Of a stretch of DNA of 64,000 nt, positions 7,985 through 17,413 are shown piece by piece; the first letter of the stretch is position 1, and every line of letters begins with the position of its first letter. Below the pieces are notes generated by a model. It saw nothing but the letters and a program-made list of their open reading frames with translations. It was not told the origin of the DNA and ran no database searches. Source of the stretch: Candidatus Eiseniibacteriota bacterium (lineage in GTDB: Bacteria; Eisenbacteria; RBG-16-71-46; SZUA-252). The position numbers and the translations under genes are program-made. The DNA lies in assembly GCA_035716005.1 (NCBI GenBank), contig DASTKG010000025.1:479-64478 (forward strand). Reading direction: 5' to 3'.

Positions 7985-9118
7985 GTGCGCGCATTCGTTC
8001 GCGCGGCGATCGCGTTCCTGGCGCCCCTTGTCGCAGGCGCCGGACTCGCGACGGCCGCGTTCGCTCAACAGGAGTCGGGCTCCACGTCCGGGGCGCTCCC
8101 CCAGGGCGCGAATCTTCTCAACCCCGCCGTCAGCGTCATCGGCTGGTTTCAGGGAGAAGCCGGCGACCGCATCCAGGAGGAAGGGACGTCGGCGTTCTCG
8201 CTCAAGGAGGCCGAGCTCGGATTGCAGGCGAACGTCGATCCCTACAGCCGGGCCGATTTCTTCGTTTCGATGAGCCCGTCGGAGGGCCTCGACGTCGAGG
8301 AGGGGTACCTCACGCTCCTCGCGCTCCCGGCCGGGCTCTCCGCCAAGCTCGGGAAGTTCCGCGGCAATTTCGGGAAGTTCAATCGCACGCATCCGCCGGA
8401 GACGTCCTTCGCCGACCGGCCCCTCGCGGCGGAGCGATTCTTCGGCGAGGAAGGGTTGAGCGCCGAGGGCGTCTCGGCCTCGTGGCTGATTCCCTGGCTC
8501 CCCTTCTACGCCAATCTCGACGCCGAGGCCACGACGACGCCCGACCTCGGCGGCACGCCCGCCGCGTTCGCGCCCTACCGGGGCCAGGATCTTCTCTACC
8601 TCGGCCGCCTCTCCACTTTCTTCGACCTGAGCGAAGCGTCGAACATCGCCCTCGGCGGCTCCTACGCGAACGGCGCGAACGGATCGGCGCGGGCCGACTC
8701 CTCGAGCGACCCCGAAGCGATGCGCGCCCGCGTCGTCGGCGCCGATCTCACCTTCCGCTGGAAGAATCCCCGCCGCTCCATCTATCGCTCGCTGATCGCG
8801 CAGGTCGAGTGGATGGAGCGAACCGCCGAGACGCTCGGCGGGCCCGACGTGACGCGCACCGGCGGCTTCGCCTGGGCCGATTTCCAGTTCGCGCGGCGGT
8901 GGCGCCTGGGAGGGCGTTACGACTGGTCCGACAACCTCGACGCCTCGGAGGCGAAGCCCGCCACCGGCGTCCTCGGATTCCTCACGTTCAACCCCAGCGA
9001 GTTCGCCTCCATGAGCGGCCAGGTGAGCCGGCGGAGCCTCGAGGGCGGCACGAAGGAGACGCAGGTCTACTTCAAGACGACGTTCAACATCGGCCCGCAC
9101 GGCGCCCACCCGTTCTGA
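7985..9118 (+). CDS. outer-membrane beta-barrel protein (porin-like), first gene of a metal-uptake cluster
   Basis: GTG start with GGAGG ribosome-binding site. Signal peptide AFLAPLVAGAGLATAAFAQQ. Amphipathic beta-strands. C-terminal ...GPHGAHPF with terminal Phe. Confidence 0.65.
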   Translation: MRAFVRAAIAFLAPLVAGAGLATAAFAQQESGSTSGALPQGANLLNPAVSVIGWFQGEAGDRIQEEGTSAFSLKEAELGLQANVDPYSRADFFVSMSPSEGLDVEEGYLTLLALPAGLSAKLGKFRGNFGKFNRTHPPETSFADRPLAAERFFGEEGLSAEGVSASWLIPWLPFYANLDAEATTTPDLGGTPAAFAPYRGQDLLYLGRLSTFFDLSEASNIALGGSYANGANGSARADSSSDPEAMRARVVGADLTFRWKNPRRSIYRSLIAQVEWMERTAETLGGPDVTRTGGFAWADFQFARRWRLGGRYDWSDNLDASEAKPATGVLGFLTFNPSEFASMSGQVSRRSLEGGTKETQVYFKTTFNIGPHGAHPF

Positions 9119-9137
9119 GCCGAAAGGAGATAGATCC

Positions 9138-10133
9138 ATGATTCGACGCTTCGGAGGTCTCGCCCGCTTCGCCGGCGCCGCGATTCTCGCGCTCGGATTC
9201 CTCGCGCCGGGCGCGCGCATTCCCGTCTTCCAGGAGGATCCCGTGGCGGAGGTGGGCCGGGCCCACGCCGGCGGGAAGCTCGCCGTCGTCACCACCACGC
9301 AGGATCTCGCCTCCATCGCCGCCGAGATCGGCGGCGACCGGATCGACGTGGAATCGCTGGCGAAGGGCTATCAGGACCCGCACTTCGTCGACGCCAAGCC
9401 GTCCTATCTCGTGAAGCTCCGGAAGGCCGATCTCTTCATCGAGGTGGGCCGCGAACTGGAGATCGGCTGGGCGCCCGGCCTCATCAACAACGCCCGGAAC
9501 AGCAAGATCCAGACGGGCGGCGCCGGCTTCCTCGACGCCTCCGCGAACGTGAAGATCCTCGAGCTGGGCGCGAAGGTCGGACGCGAGCAGGGCGACGTCC
9601 ACCCGCTCGGGAATCCGCACTACTGGCTCGATCCGGCGAACGGCCTCGTCGTGGCCGCCAACATCCGCGACGCGCTCTCTCGGCTCACGCCGGGCGACGC
9701 CCCCTACTATCGGCAGCGTTACGCCGCGTTCGAGGCGAAGCTCACGGCGAAGTTGGAGGCGTGGAAGAAGACGGCCGCGTCGCTCGGGCTCACCGGCATG
9801 AACGTCGTCACCTATCACCGCTCCTGGCCCTACTTCGCCGAGGCGTTCGGGCTGAACGTCGTCGACTACGTGGAGCCTCGCCCCGGCGTGCCGCCGGCGC
9901 CGAAGCACGTGCAGGACCTGATCGCGGCGATGAAGTCGGAAAAAGTGGGGCTCCTGATCGTCGAGCCCTACTTCGACCCGAAGCTATCGCAGCAGATCGC
10001 GCGGAACGCGGGGGTGCCGATGGTCGTGCTGCCGCCGTCGGTGGGGGCGGTGCCGCAGGCGACCGACTACCTGACGCTCTTCGACACGCAGCTCGACCTG
10101 ATCCGGAAGGCTCTCACGGGAGGGAAGTCATGA
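9138..10133 (+). CDS. metal ABC transporter substrate-binding protein (TroA/ZnuA/MntC cluster A-I family)
   Basis: AAAGGAGA ribosome-binding site. Signal peptide. Conserved DPHFV, NPHYWLDP and TYH motifs of Zn/Mn-binding proteins. Confidence 0.85.
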   Translation: MIRRFGGLARFAGAAILALGFLAPGARIPVFQEDPVAEVGRAHAGGKLAVVTTTQDLASIAAEIGGDRIDVESLAKGYQDPHFVDAKPSYLVKLRKADLFIEVGRELEIGWAPGLINNARNSKIQTGGAGFLDASANVKILELGAKVGREQGDVHPLGNPHYWLDPANGLVVAANIRDALSRLTPGDAPYYRQRYAAFEAKLTAKLEAWKKTAASLGLTGMNVVTYHRSWPYFAEAFGLNVVDYVEPRPGVPPAPKHVQDLIAAMKSEKVGLLIVEPYFDPKLSQQIARNAGVPMVVLPPSVGAVPQATDYLTLFDTQLDLIRKALTGGKS

Positions 10134-10963
10134 GCGACGCGTTCGCGCTTCTCCTCTGGCCGCTGCTCGCCTGCATCGCCATCGCGGGGATCCACGCCTA
10201 TCTCGGATTTCACGTCGTGGAGCGGGGGGTCATCTTCGTCGACCTCGCGCTCGCGCAGGTCGCCGCGCTCGGCGCCACGATCGGCTTCCTCCTCGGCTAC
10301 GACCTCCACGACCCGATGGCGGGATGGCTCTCCATGGGCGCCGTCGTCCTCGGCGCCGCGCTCATCTCCGTCCTGAAGGCCGAGAAGCGCCGCATTCCCC
10401 AGGAGGCCTTCATCGGCATCGTCTACGCCGTGGCGGCGGCGACCGCGATCCTGATCGTCGACCGCACGGCCGAGGGCGCCGAGCACATCAAGTTCATGTT
10501 CGTCGGAAATCTCCTCGCCGCCTCGCCGGGCGACGTGGCGCGCCTGGCGGCGCTCTACCTCGGCATCGGCGTCCTTCACTTCGTCTGGCGCCGGCCCTTC
10601 TTCGCGATCTCGCACGGACGCACGGAGGGGATGTCCAAGACCGCGATCCGTCTCTGGGATTTCCTCTTCTATCTCACGTTCGGGCTCGTCGTCACGCAAT
10701 CGGTGGCGGTGGCGGGCGTGCTCCTGGTCTTCTCGTACTTGATCGTGCCGTCGGTGATCGGGATGCTCGTCGCCGATTCGGCCCCGACCCGGCTCGCCGT
10801 CGGCTGGATCACCGGCGTGGCCGTGAGCGTGGCGGGGATGCTCGCCTCCTACCATCTCGACTTCCCGACCGGCGCCACCGTGGTGGCGACGTTCGGCCTG
10901 GCACTCCTCCTGGCGCTCGCGTACCGCGGGGTGGTGCGGCGGGCGACCCCGGCGGAGGCGTAG
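10130..10963 (+). CDS. metal ABC transporter permease (ZnuB/MntB, ABC-3 family)
   Basis: ATGA start/stop overlap with the substrate-binding protein gene. About 8 TM helices. Conserved ABC-3 core region. Confidence 0.85.
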   Translation: MSDAFALLLWPLLACIAIAGIHAYLGFHVVERGVIFVDLALAQVAALGATIGFLLGYDLHDPMAGWLSMGAVVLGAALISVLKAEKRRIPQEAFIGIVYAVAAATAILIVDRTAEGAEHIKFMFVGNLLAASPGDVARLAALYLGIGVLHFVWRRPFFAISHGRTEGMSKTAIRLWDFLFYLTFGLVVTQSVAVAGVLLVFSYLIVPSVIGMLVADSAPTRLAVGWITGVAVSVAGMLASYHLDFPTGATVVATFGLALLLALAYRGVVRRATPAEA

Positions 10964-11166
10964 CGGGCGGGAGCGCAGCCGGCCAGGAGGGGGGCGAAAC
11001 CGAAGGGGCGCATTGGGCGTAGAATGGGAACCAGGGGCTGCCGCTCCGGGGTTCACGAGACCCTCGGATCCCGCGACACCGCGGCCATACGACGTTGCGG
11101 CCGCGAGCGTTGGGCGAAGATCCCCCCTTCCGCGGCGCCCTTGACCCTTTTCGCCGGAGGTACCCC

Positions 11167-11571
11167 GTGGCACGCGGAAGAACCCTGCTCGTCGTCGTGG
11201 CCTTCGCGGCCTTTTGCCTGGCGCTCGGCTATTGGTGGAGCCTTCGGGTCGGCCTTCCCCTGACGGGGACGAAGCCCTGGTGGTACGGGAAGGACGCCCA
11301 CGTGCGCGTCCAGGTCCTGGAGGACGGCCACGACATGGCCACCGTGTCGATGCGGCTCCCGAAGGGGATGATGGACACGATGGTCGCGCTCGGGACGGAC
11401 GCGAAGATCGTACTCGACAAGGACGAGACGGTCGTCGGCTTCTCCGACTCGAAGAGCGCGCACGAGATCCATCTGCGCGACATCTGGAAGGACCTGCAGC
11501 GGCTCCCCAAGGGGGAGAAGCTCACGGTCCACAAGCCCGGCTCGACCCTCACGATCTGGATCGAGGCGTAG
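11167..11571 (+). CDS. hypothetical membrane-anchored protein
   Basis: GTG start, N-terminal TM anchor LLVVVAFAAFCLALGYWW, then a ~100-aa soluble domain. No recognisable motif. Confidence 0.4.
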   Translation: MARGRTLLVVVAFAAFCLALGYWWSLRVGLPLTGTKPWWYGKDAHVRVQVLEDGHDMATVSMRLPKGMMDTMVALGTDAKIVLDKDETVVGFSDSKSAHEIHLRDIWKDLQRLPKGEKLTVHKPGSTLTIWIEA

Positions 11572-11586
11572 CTCCGCTCCCGACGG

Positions 11587-12672
11587 CTACGGCAGGAACC
11601 GCTCCGGATGCGCGATCTTCTGGGGCAGGTACTCGTCCATCACGTAGTTGAGCCCGTGCGCCGCCAGCGCCTGCTGCTCGGCGCGGACCCCCATGGAGAC
11701 CAGGTGCTCCATCGCCTTCGCCCACGCCTTGTGGTGCTTGAAGAAGGGGTCGTTCTTGATGGCGTCCTTCGCCCGCTTCACGTCGACGTCCTTCAGCGGA
11801 TGCGTCGGCAGCTTGTAGTCGATGATGTCCTGCGGCGTGATGCCTAGAAAGCGCGCCTGCGGCACGCAGAAGAACTCGTTGATGTGCGCCGCGTTCCCCG
11901 AGCCGACCTTGAAGGTGCGGTAGATGTTCGAGATTCCGTACGGGTCTCCGTCGACGAAGACGTAGACCGGAATCTTCTTGTCGTCGGCCAGGCGGCGGAT
12001 GAAGCGCCGGCAGGCCCGCGTCGGCACGCCCCCCATCGAGACCAGGATGCAGTTCGCCTTCTTCCAGTAGCCGTGCTTCACGAGGCGCTGGAACATGCCG
12101 GCCGTCTCGATGACGAGGATGAATTTCGCCTTCGTCTCGAACTTCAGATGCTCGACCGAGATCGGGATCGAGTAGGCGCCGCTCCCGAATTGCGTGCAGT
12201 CGATGCGGATCGGCTTCCCCGTCTCCCCGTCCTTGTCGACGACGACGAGGGCGCCCGAAACGTCGCCCCCCTTCTCCTCGGGCGCGAAGCCCATCTGCTC
12301 GCGGTTCACCTCGAAGAGCGCTTCGACGTCGTCCATCACCGTGTCGGACTCCGTCTGCTCCAGGAAACGCGCGTCGCCCCAGTTCTTCGAGACGTAGTAG
12401 GCCTCTCGCTTCGTGGCGATGTCGTCGGTCTCGACCAGCGTCTTCGAGAGCGCCATCATGCGGAGCGTTTGGGCGAAGGTCTTCACCGTGTTCACGGTGA
12501 GGGTCCGCTCCTTCTTCATGCCGCGGATCTCGAAGTAGCCGTCCTTCTCCACGTACTTCACGTTCGCCAGCGAGCGGACGGGGAACTTCATCGTCGGCTT
12601 CTTCCGCTTGAGAATCTGGTCCTCGACGTTCTGCGCTTCCTTCCTGATCTTCGGTACCAGGTTCCCGCTCAT
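11587..12672 (-). CDS. top6A: DNA topoisomerase VI subunit A (Spo11/Top6A family)
   Basis: Winged-helix domain with catalytic-Tyr region (..[10 protein letters not shown]..). Toprim domain with acidic cluster (..[13 protein letters not shown].. / ..[10 protein letters not shown].. / ..[10 protein letters not shown]..). 361 aa, typical size. Confidence 0.9.
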   Translation of the reverse strand: MSGNLVPKIRKEAQNVEDQILKRKKPTMKFPVRSLANVKYVEKDGYFEIRGMKKERTLTVNTVKTFAQTLRMMALSKTLVETDDIATKREAYYVSKNWGDARFLEQTESDTVMDDVEALFEVNREQMGFAPEEKGGDVSGALVVVDKDGETGKPIRIDCTQFGSGAYSIPISVEHLKFETKAKFILVIETAGMFQRLVKHGYWKKANCILVSMGGVPTRACRRFIRRLADDKKIPVYVFVDGDPYGISNIYRTFKVGSGNAAHINEFFCVPQARFLGITPQDIIDYKLPTHPLKDVDVKRAKDAIKNDPFFKHHKAWAKAMEHLVSMGVRAEQQALAAHGLNYVMDEYLPQKIAHPERFLP

Positions 12673-14333
12673 GTGCGGCTCCGTTCCAGGACGTCCTTGA
12701 GGGTGGCGCAGACCTTGTCGCGCTCCTTGTCGCTGATGTCCAGGATCTCCTGGAGCGCGATGCCGATGTGGGGGATGTACTTCTCGATGTAGGAGCGCTT
12801 CTTCTCCTCGTCCGCCTCGCGGATGCCGCGCCGGATGTAGATGCCGAGCTTCCGGCCCACGTCCTGGAGGGCGAGCTTGATCTCCTTCATGATCTCGGGG
12901 TAGGAGGCGACCGCCTCCTTCGACTCCGACGTGAAGGGCACCCAGACCGACGCGATGTGGACCATGAGGATCATCGGCGCGGTGGGGAGCGCTCCCTTCG
13001 ACTGCTGGAGCCCGTACGCCTTCCAGTTCGTCTGGATCACCGACTTCGAGACGGCGCAGGCCGACTGCTGATAGAGGAGCGGCACGCGGTTCGCGAAGCG
13101 GAGCATCGTGATCAGCTCGTCGCCCGGGAGCGATTCGCCGCCGTAGGCGAGCGCCGCCTCCACGCAGAAGGGATTCCCGCGGTAGACGGCCGGCGAGCGC
13201 GACGTGGCCGCGTAGAACTTGGCCTCCACCTGCTTCTTCATCCCCGCGAGGAGCAGCTCCTCGCCGATCGGCGAGAGGACGTTCGACGGCGGCGCCATCA
13301 GCTTCGTCGCCTGGATCGCCTTGTAGAGCGCCTCCGCCTGGTCGCGCGCCGCCTTGTGCGGCGAGTACGAGGGCGGGAGCATGGCGGTCGCGGCGATCTC
13401 GTCGGCCGAGGCGGCGCTCACGCGCGAGAACTCGCTCGTGAGGAATCCCTGGAGATTCTTCGCCTTCGTCTCATGGAGCATCTTGAGAAGGATGCCGAGC
13501 TCCACGCCGTGCGGGTGGGGCTTGATCTCCTTCGGCGGAATCGGCAATTCGTGCGCCACGCGGGCGTACTCGACGCGCTCGCCCTTCGGATCGACGTAGG
13601 TGATCTGCGCGTGCGGATTGGCGATGGCGGTCTGCTCCACGTAGCCGTCGACCGAGTGGCGCCCCTTCTTGTAGGTCGCCTCGATCTCCAGCTCCACGCG
13701 CGTTCCGTGCGCGGGGATCCACTGCACCTCGTGATCCGCCACGACGACCGGCCGGTTCGCGCGCGTGTCGATCTGGATCTCGAAGCGATGCGCCGGCTTT
13801 CCGGCCCCGGGCTTCGAAATCACGTCGATCGCCTTCCCGGTGGTGAGCTGCCCGTACATGGCCGCCGCCGAGATGCCAATTCCCTGCTGTCCGCGCGACT
13901 GGCGGAGGCGATGGAACTTGGAGCCGTAGAGGAGCTGCCCGAAGATGCGCGGCACCTGCGCCTTCACGATCCCCGGGCCGTTGTCCTGCACGGCCACGCG
14001 GTAGCGCGTCTCGTTGATCTCCTGGATCTCGATCAGGAGGTCGGGAAGGATGCCGGCCTCCTCGCACGCGTCGAGCGCGTTGTCGACGGCCTCCTTCACC
14101 GTGGTGAGGAGGGCCTTCGCGGGGCTGTCGAATCCGAGGAGATGGCGGTTCTTGGTGAAGAACTCGCTGACCGAGATCTCGCGCTGCTTCTCGGCCATGT
14201 CGGCGGCGGTGAGCTGCACGACTTTCGGGGGCTGCTTCGGGCCGCGCTTCACGGCCCGGGCCGGCGCCGGCGGTTTGGCGGCGGCGGCTCGCTTGCCGCC
14301 GGTGCTCGTCTTCTTCGCGGTCGCTCCGCTCAT
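12669..14333 (-). CDS. top6B: DNA topoisomerase VI subunit B (GHKL ATPase plus transducer) with a basic Ala/Lys/Pro-rich N-terminal tail
   Basis: Bergerat-fold motifs EAVDNALDA (N box), QDNGPGI (G1) and [17 protein letters not shown] (G2). Transducer-domain region ..[14 protein letters not shown]... 4-nt ATGC overlap with top6A. Confidence 0.9.
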   Translation of the reverse strand: MSGATAKKTSTGGKRAAAAKPPAPARAVKRGPKQPPKVVQLTAADMAEKQREISVSEFFTKNRHLLGFDSPAKALLTTVKEAVDNALDACEEAGILPDLLIEIQEINETRYRVAVQDNGPGIVKAQVPRIFGQLLYGSKFHRLRQSRGQQGIGISAAAMYGQLTTGKAIDVISKPGAGKPAHRFEIQIDTRANRPVVVADHEVQWIPAHGTRVELEIEATYKKGRHSVDGYVEQTAIANPHAQITYVDPKGERVEYARVAHELPIPPKEIKPHPHGVELGILLKMLHETKAKNLQGFLTSEFSRVSAASADEIAATAMLPPSYSPHKAARDQAEALYKAIQATKLMAPPSNVLSPIGEELLLAGMKKQVEAKFYAATSRSPAVYRGNPFCVEAALAYGGESLPGDELITMLRFANRVPLLYQQSACAVSKSVIQTNWKAYGLQQSKGALPTAPMILMVHIASVWVPFTSESKEAVASYPEIMKEIKLALQDVGRKLGIYIRRGIREADEEKKRSYIEKYIPHIGIALQEILDISDKERDKVCATLKDVLERSRT

Positions 14334-14655
14334 GGATTCCCTTCCCTCACATCCCCTGGTGAACTTCCTTAAACCGCCGGGACTCTACCCCCCGCGGCGC
14401 GGCGCCGCAAGGCCGGCGGCGGCTCGGAACTGGCCGGCGACCGAAAATCGGCCCGACCTTGCCCGGTCGGAACGCCCGCCCGCGCGTCCGAGGCGGCCCG
14501 CCGCTCGCGGGCGCAACCGCCTGCTAAAGCGTCCGCTCCACCCATGGCCGGCCCCGGCGCCCCACCCCTCGTCCGATGCCCGCCGGGGTGGCACGCCCAT
14601 TGCGATTTGCATCGCCAGGCCATCGTCCGTCCATTTCTCGAACCGGAGGCAGATC

Positions 14656-16152
14656 GTGAGCTCGACTCCCCGTCCGACGCGCCGCATGACGTCCATCCTG
14701 CTCGACTGCGGCCTCGTCACGTCCGAGCAGATCGAGCGGGCCGTCTCCCGCCAGACGGAGACCGGCCGCATGATCGGCGAGACGCTGGTCGAGCTCGGCT
14801 TCACCACCGAGGAGAGCATCATCTGGGCTCTCTCGAAGCAGCTCGGCGTTCCGTTCGCCGACGTGCAGCCCGAGGCCATCGATCAGGAGCTGGTCCGCCG
14901 CTTCCCCGAATCGCTCCTCCGGCGCACGCAGGCCGTTCCGCTCTTCCGTTCGCCGGAGGGCGTGACGGTCGCCTGCGCCGATCCCTCCGATCACGAAGCG
15001 GTCGCCGCGCTCCAGGAAGCCTCCGACGGCGCCGTCTCGTTCGTCATCGGCGGTCCGGCCTCGATCCGCCGCGCCCTCGACACCGTGCTCGGCCCGTCGC
15101 GGCCGACGCCGGCCGAGGCGCGCGTGGCCGTGCTGACCACCGGCGACGAGCCGCCGGCCAGCGACATCGTCTGGGACCGCGGCGGACGGAACTTCCTCCT
15201 CTTCCACCTCCACACGGCCCGGGAGAAGAAGGCGTCGGAGATCCACTTCATTCCGACCCCCTCCTCGCTGACGGTCTCGTATCGCACGGAGCACGGGCTC
15301 GAGACGCAGTCGAACGAGCTGCCGGAGACGGCGCTCTACCTCCGGACCCGGCTCCACTCGCTCGGCATCCCCGATCTCGATCACGGCGACGCCACGACCG
15401 CGCGCGGACGCACGACGGTCGATCTCGACGGCGGCCGGATCGCGCTCGACGTCTTCCACGCGCGGACCATCGGCGGGGTGGCCACCGTGATTCGACTGAG
15501 CCCGCTTCCGCACGAGGCGCCCGAACTCTCCGCGCTCGGCCTCTCGCCCATCGGCGAGGCCGAGATCCGGGAATTCGTCGACGGCCCCGAGGGCATCGTG
15601 CTCGTCACCGGGCCGCCGCGCTCGGGAGGCTCCATGGTTCTCGCCGCGCTCGCCGCGCTCGCCGCGCGGCCCGAGCGGCGCATTCTGGTTCTGGACGACG
15701 GATCGGCCGCGCCCTACCCGCGCGACTCGGTCCGCGTCTACACGTCGCCCTCGGGATCGTGCGTCCAGAGGGAGCCCCGGGCCACGAGCGGCGAGCGCTG
15801 GGACTCGCTCGCGCTCGGCCTGGGGGCCGACGTGGTCGTGCTCGACGGAACGCTCTGCGGCGAGTCGATCGCCGACGTCCTCTCCGGGGCCACGGTCGGA
15901 CGGCTCGTCTTCGCGCGCACCGACTGGCTCGACGCGAAGGCGCTCCTCGCCTACCTCGCGTCGCGCCCCGCCGGCAGGGCGGTGCTTCGCGACCGCCCGT
16001 TCGCGCTCGTTTCTCTCCCCAGCTGCCGTCACGAGGGGGCCGAAGCCTGGACGTCGCACGACGACGCCGACGGGCGGGCCGGCTGCCTCGAAGTCACCCT
16101 CCTTTCGGATGAAGATCGAGATGCGCTGGCGCGCGGAGGTAAGGCCCGATGA
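14656..16152 (+). CDS. GspE/PilB-family secretion-ATPase homologue with a degenerate active site; N-terminal T2SSE_N/MshEN-like domain
   Basis: GTG start 7 nt after a GGAGG ribosome-binding site. N-terminal ..LLDCGLVTSEQIERAVSRQTETGRMIGETLVELGFTTEESIIWALSKQLGVPF matches the MshEN/GSPII_E_N repeat. The N2 domain is recognisable (ASEIHFIPTPSSLTVSYRTEHGL..GRTTVDLDGGRIALDVFHARTIGGVATVIRL). Walker A is GPPRSGGSM with no Lys. Asp box, His box and tetracysteine are not conserved. Confidence 0.75.
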   Translation: MSSTPRPTRRMTSILLDCGLVTSEQIERAVSRQTETGRMIGETLVELGFTTEESIIWALSKQLGVPFADVQPEAIDQELVRRFPESLLRRTQAVPLFRSPEGVTVACADPSDHEAVAALQEASDGAVSFVIGGPASIRRALDTVLGPSRPTPAEARVAVLTTGDEPPASDIVWDRGGRNFLLFHLHTAREKKASEIHFIPTPSSLTVSYRTEHGLETQSNELPETALYLRTRLHSLGIPDLDHGDATTARGRTTVDLDGGRIALDVFHARTIGGVATVIRLSPLPHEAPELSALGLSPIGEAEIREFVDGPEGIVLVTGPPRSGGSMVLAALAALAARPERRILVLDDGSAAPYPRDSVRVYTSPSGSCVQREPRATSGERWDSLALGLGADVVVLDGTLCGESIADVLSGATVGRLVFARTDWLDAKALLAYLASRPAGRAVLRDRPFALVSLPSCRHEGAEAWTSHDDADGRAGCLEVTLLSDEDRDALARGGKAR

Positions 16153-17249
16153 CGCTGGATCTGACGACGCTGCTCAAGGCGACCCTCGAGGCCGGGGGCT
16201 CGGACCTCCATCTCTCCACGGGCCAGCCGCCGATGGTGCGCCTGCGCGGCCGAATGGTCCGCTCGCAGTCGGCGCCGCTCCACGAGGAGCAGTCGCGCGA
16301 CCTGGTCTATTCGGTCATGACGGAGGAGCAGCGCCGCAGCTTCGAGGCGGGCGCCGAGATCGACTTCGCGTTCCAGGTCCCGGGCCTCGCCCGGTTCCGC
16401 GCGAACGTCTTCCGCCAGCGAAACGGCGTCTCGGCGGTCTACCGCGTCATCGTCTCCCGGATTCCGACGCTCGAGGAGCTGAACGCGCCGCCGATCCTCC
16501 GCGAGCTCGCCCTGCGGGAGCGCGGCCTCGTGCTCGTCACCGGCCCCACCGGGAGCGGGAAGTCGACGACGCTCGCGGCCATGCTCGACTACGTGAACGA
16601 GAACCGCCAGGGCCACATCATCACGATCGAGGACCCGATCGAGTTCGTCCACGAGAGCAAGAAGTGCCTGGTTCACCAGCGCGAGGTGGGCGCCCACACC
16701 GAGAGCTTCGCGGCGGCGCTTCGGAGCGCGCTCCGGGAGGATCCGGACGTTCTTCTGGTCGGGGAGCTCCGCGACCTCGAGACGACCGCGCTCGCCGTCA
16801 CGGCGGCCGAGACGGGGCACCTCGTCTTCGGGACGCTCCACACGAATTCGGCGGCCAAGACGGTCGATCGCGTGATCGACATCTTCCCCGCCGACCGCCA
16901 GTCGCAGATCCGGACCATGCTGAGCGAATCGCTCGAGGGTGTCATCGCCCAGACGCTCCTTCCCACCGCCGACGGCAAGGGCCGCGTGGCGGCGCTCGAG
17001 ATCCTGGTCGGCGTTCCCGCCCTCCGGAATCTCATCCGCGAGGGGAAGACCACGCAGATCGCGAGCGTCATGCAGGTGGGCACGCAGCACGGGATGCAGA
17101 CGCTCGACCAGTCGATCATGGAGCTTCTCGCGTCGGGAAAGATCACCAAGGAAGAAGCGCAGGCGCGAACGAACAATCCGCGCCTCGCCGAGCCGCCGTC
17201 CGCCGCCGCCGGGGGGCGCCAGCCCGGCAAGTTGATCGTCCGGCCGTAG
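16149..17249 (+). CDS. pilT: Type IV pilus retraction (twitching motility) ATPase PilT
   Basis: ATGA overlap with the upstream gene. Intact Walker A GPTGSGKST. Asp box ITIEDPIEF. Walker B/His box DPDVLLVGELRDLET..GHLVFGTLHTNSA. The AIRNLIRE motif is present as ALRNLIRE. Confidence 0.92.
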   Translation: MTLDLTTLLKATLEAGGSDLHLSTGQPPMVRLRGRMVRSQSAPLHEEQSRDLVYSVMTEEQRRSFEAGAEIDFAFQVPGLARFRANVFRQRNGVSAVYRVIVSRIPTLEELNAPPILRELALRERGLVLVTGPTGSGKSTTLAAMLDYVNENRQGHIITIEDPIEFVHESKKCLVHQREVGAHTESFAAALRSALREDPDVLLVGELRDLETTALAVTAAETGHLVFGTLHTNSAAKTVDRVIDIFPADRQSQIRTMLSESLEGVIAQTLLPTADGKGRVAALEILVGVPALRNLIREGKTTQIASVMQVGTQHGMQTLDQSIMELLASGKITKEEAQARTNNPRLAEPPSAAAGGRQPGKLIVRP

Positions 17250-17343
17250 GGGGTAAGGCCGGGCCTGGAGCGAGCCGGGCGCTCACCACGCGCCCGCGCT
17301 CGGCTCCGGGGGGTTTGGGGTGCCTTCCCCGGCTCCTTCCGGT

Positions 17344-17349
17344 TATAAT
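17344..17349 (+). promoter_or_regulatory. TATAAT -10-like hexamer upstream of otsA
   Basis: Perfect TATAAT in an otherwise ~70% GC context, 65 nt upstream of the otsA ATG. No convincing -35. Confidence 0.3.
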
Positions 17350-17413
17350 TTCGCATTAGGGGGTCGTCGAGGAGCGTCACCGTGAACGTGGCGGGGGCGC
17401 TCGGAGTGTTTTC

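Noticed and set aside
11587-14333. Possibility that the Toprim/GHKL pair is a Wadjet JetD-like or Gabija/PARIS-like defence module rather than Topo VI
   Set aside because: Both proteins carry the full set of archaeal Top6A/Top6B signatures, including the transducer and winged-helix/Tyr regions. No SMC/kleisin (JetABC), OLD-ATPase or ABC-ATPase partner genes are adjacent.
17250-17343. A -35 element to pair with the TATAAT upstream of otsA
   Set aside because: No hexamer within 16-19 nt upstream resembles TTGACA, so only the -10 is reported, at low confidence.
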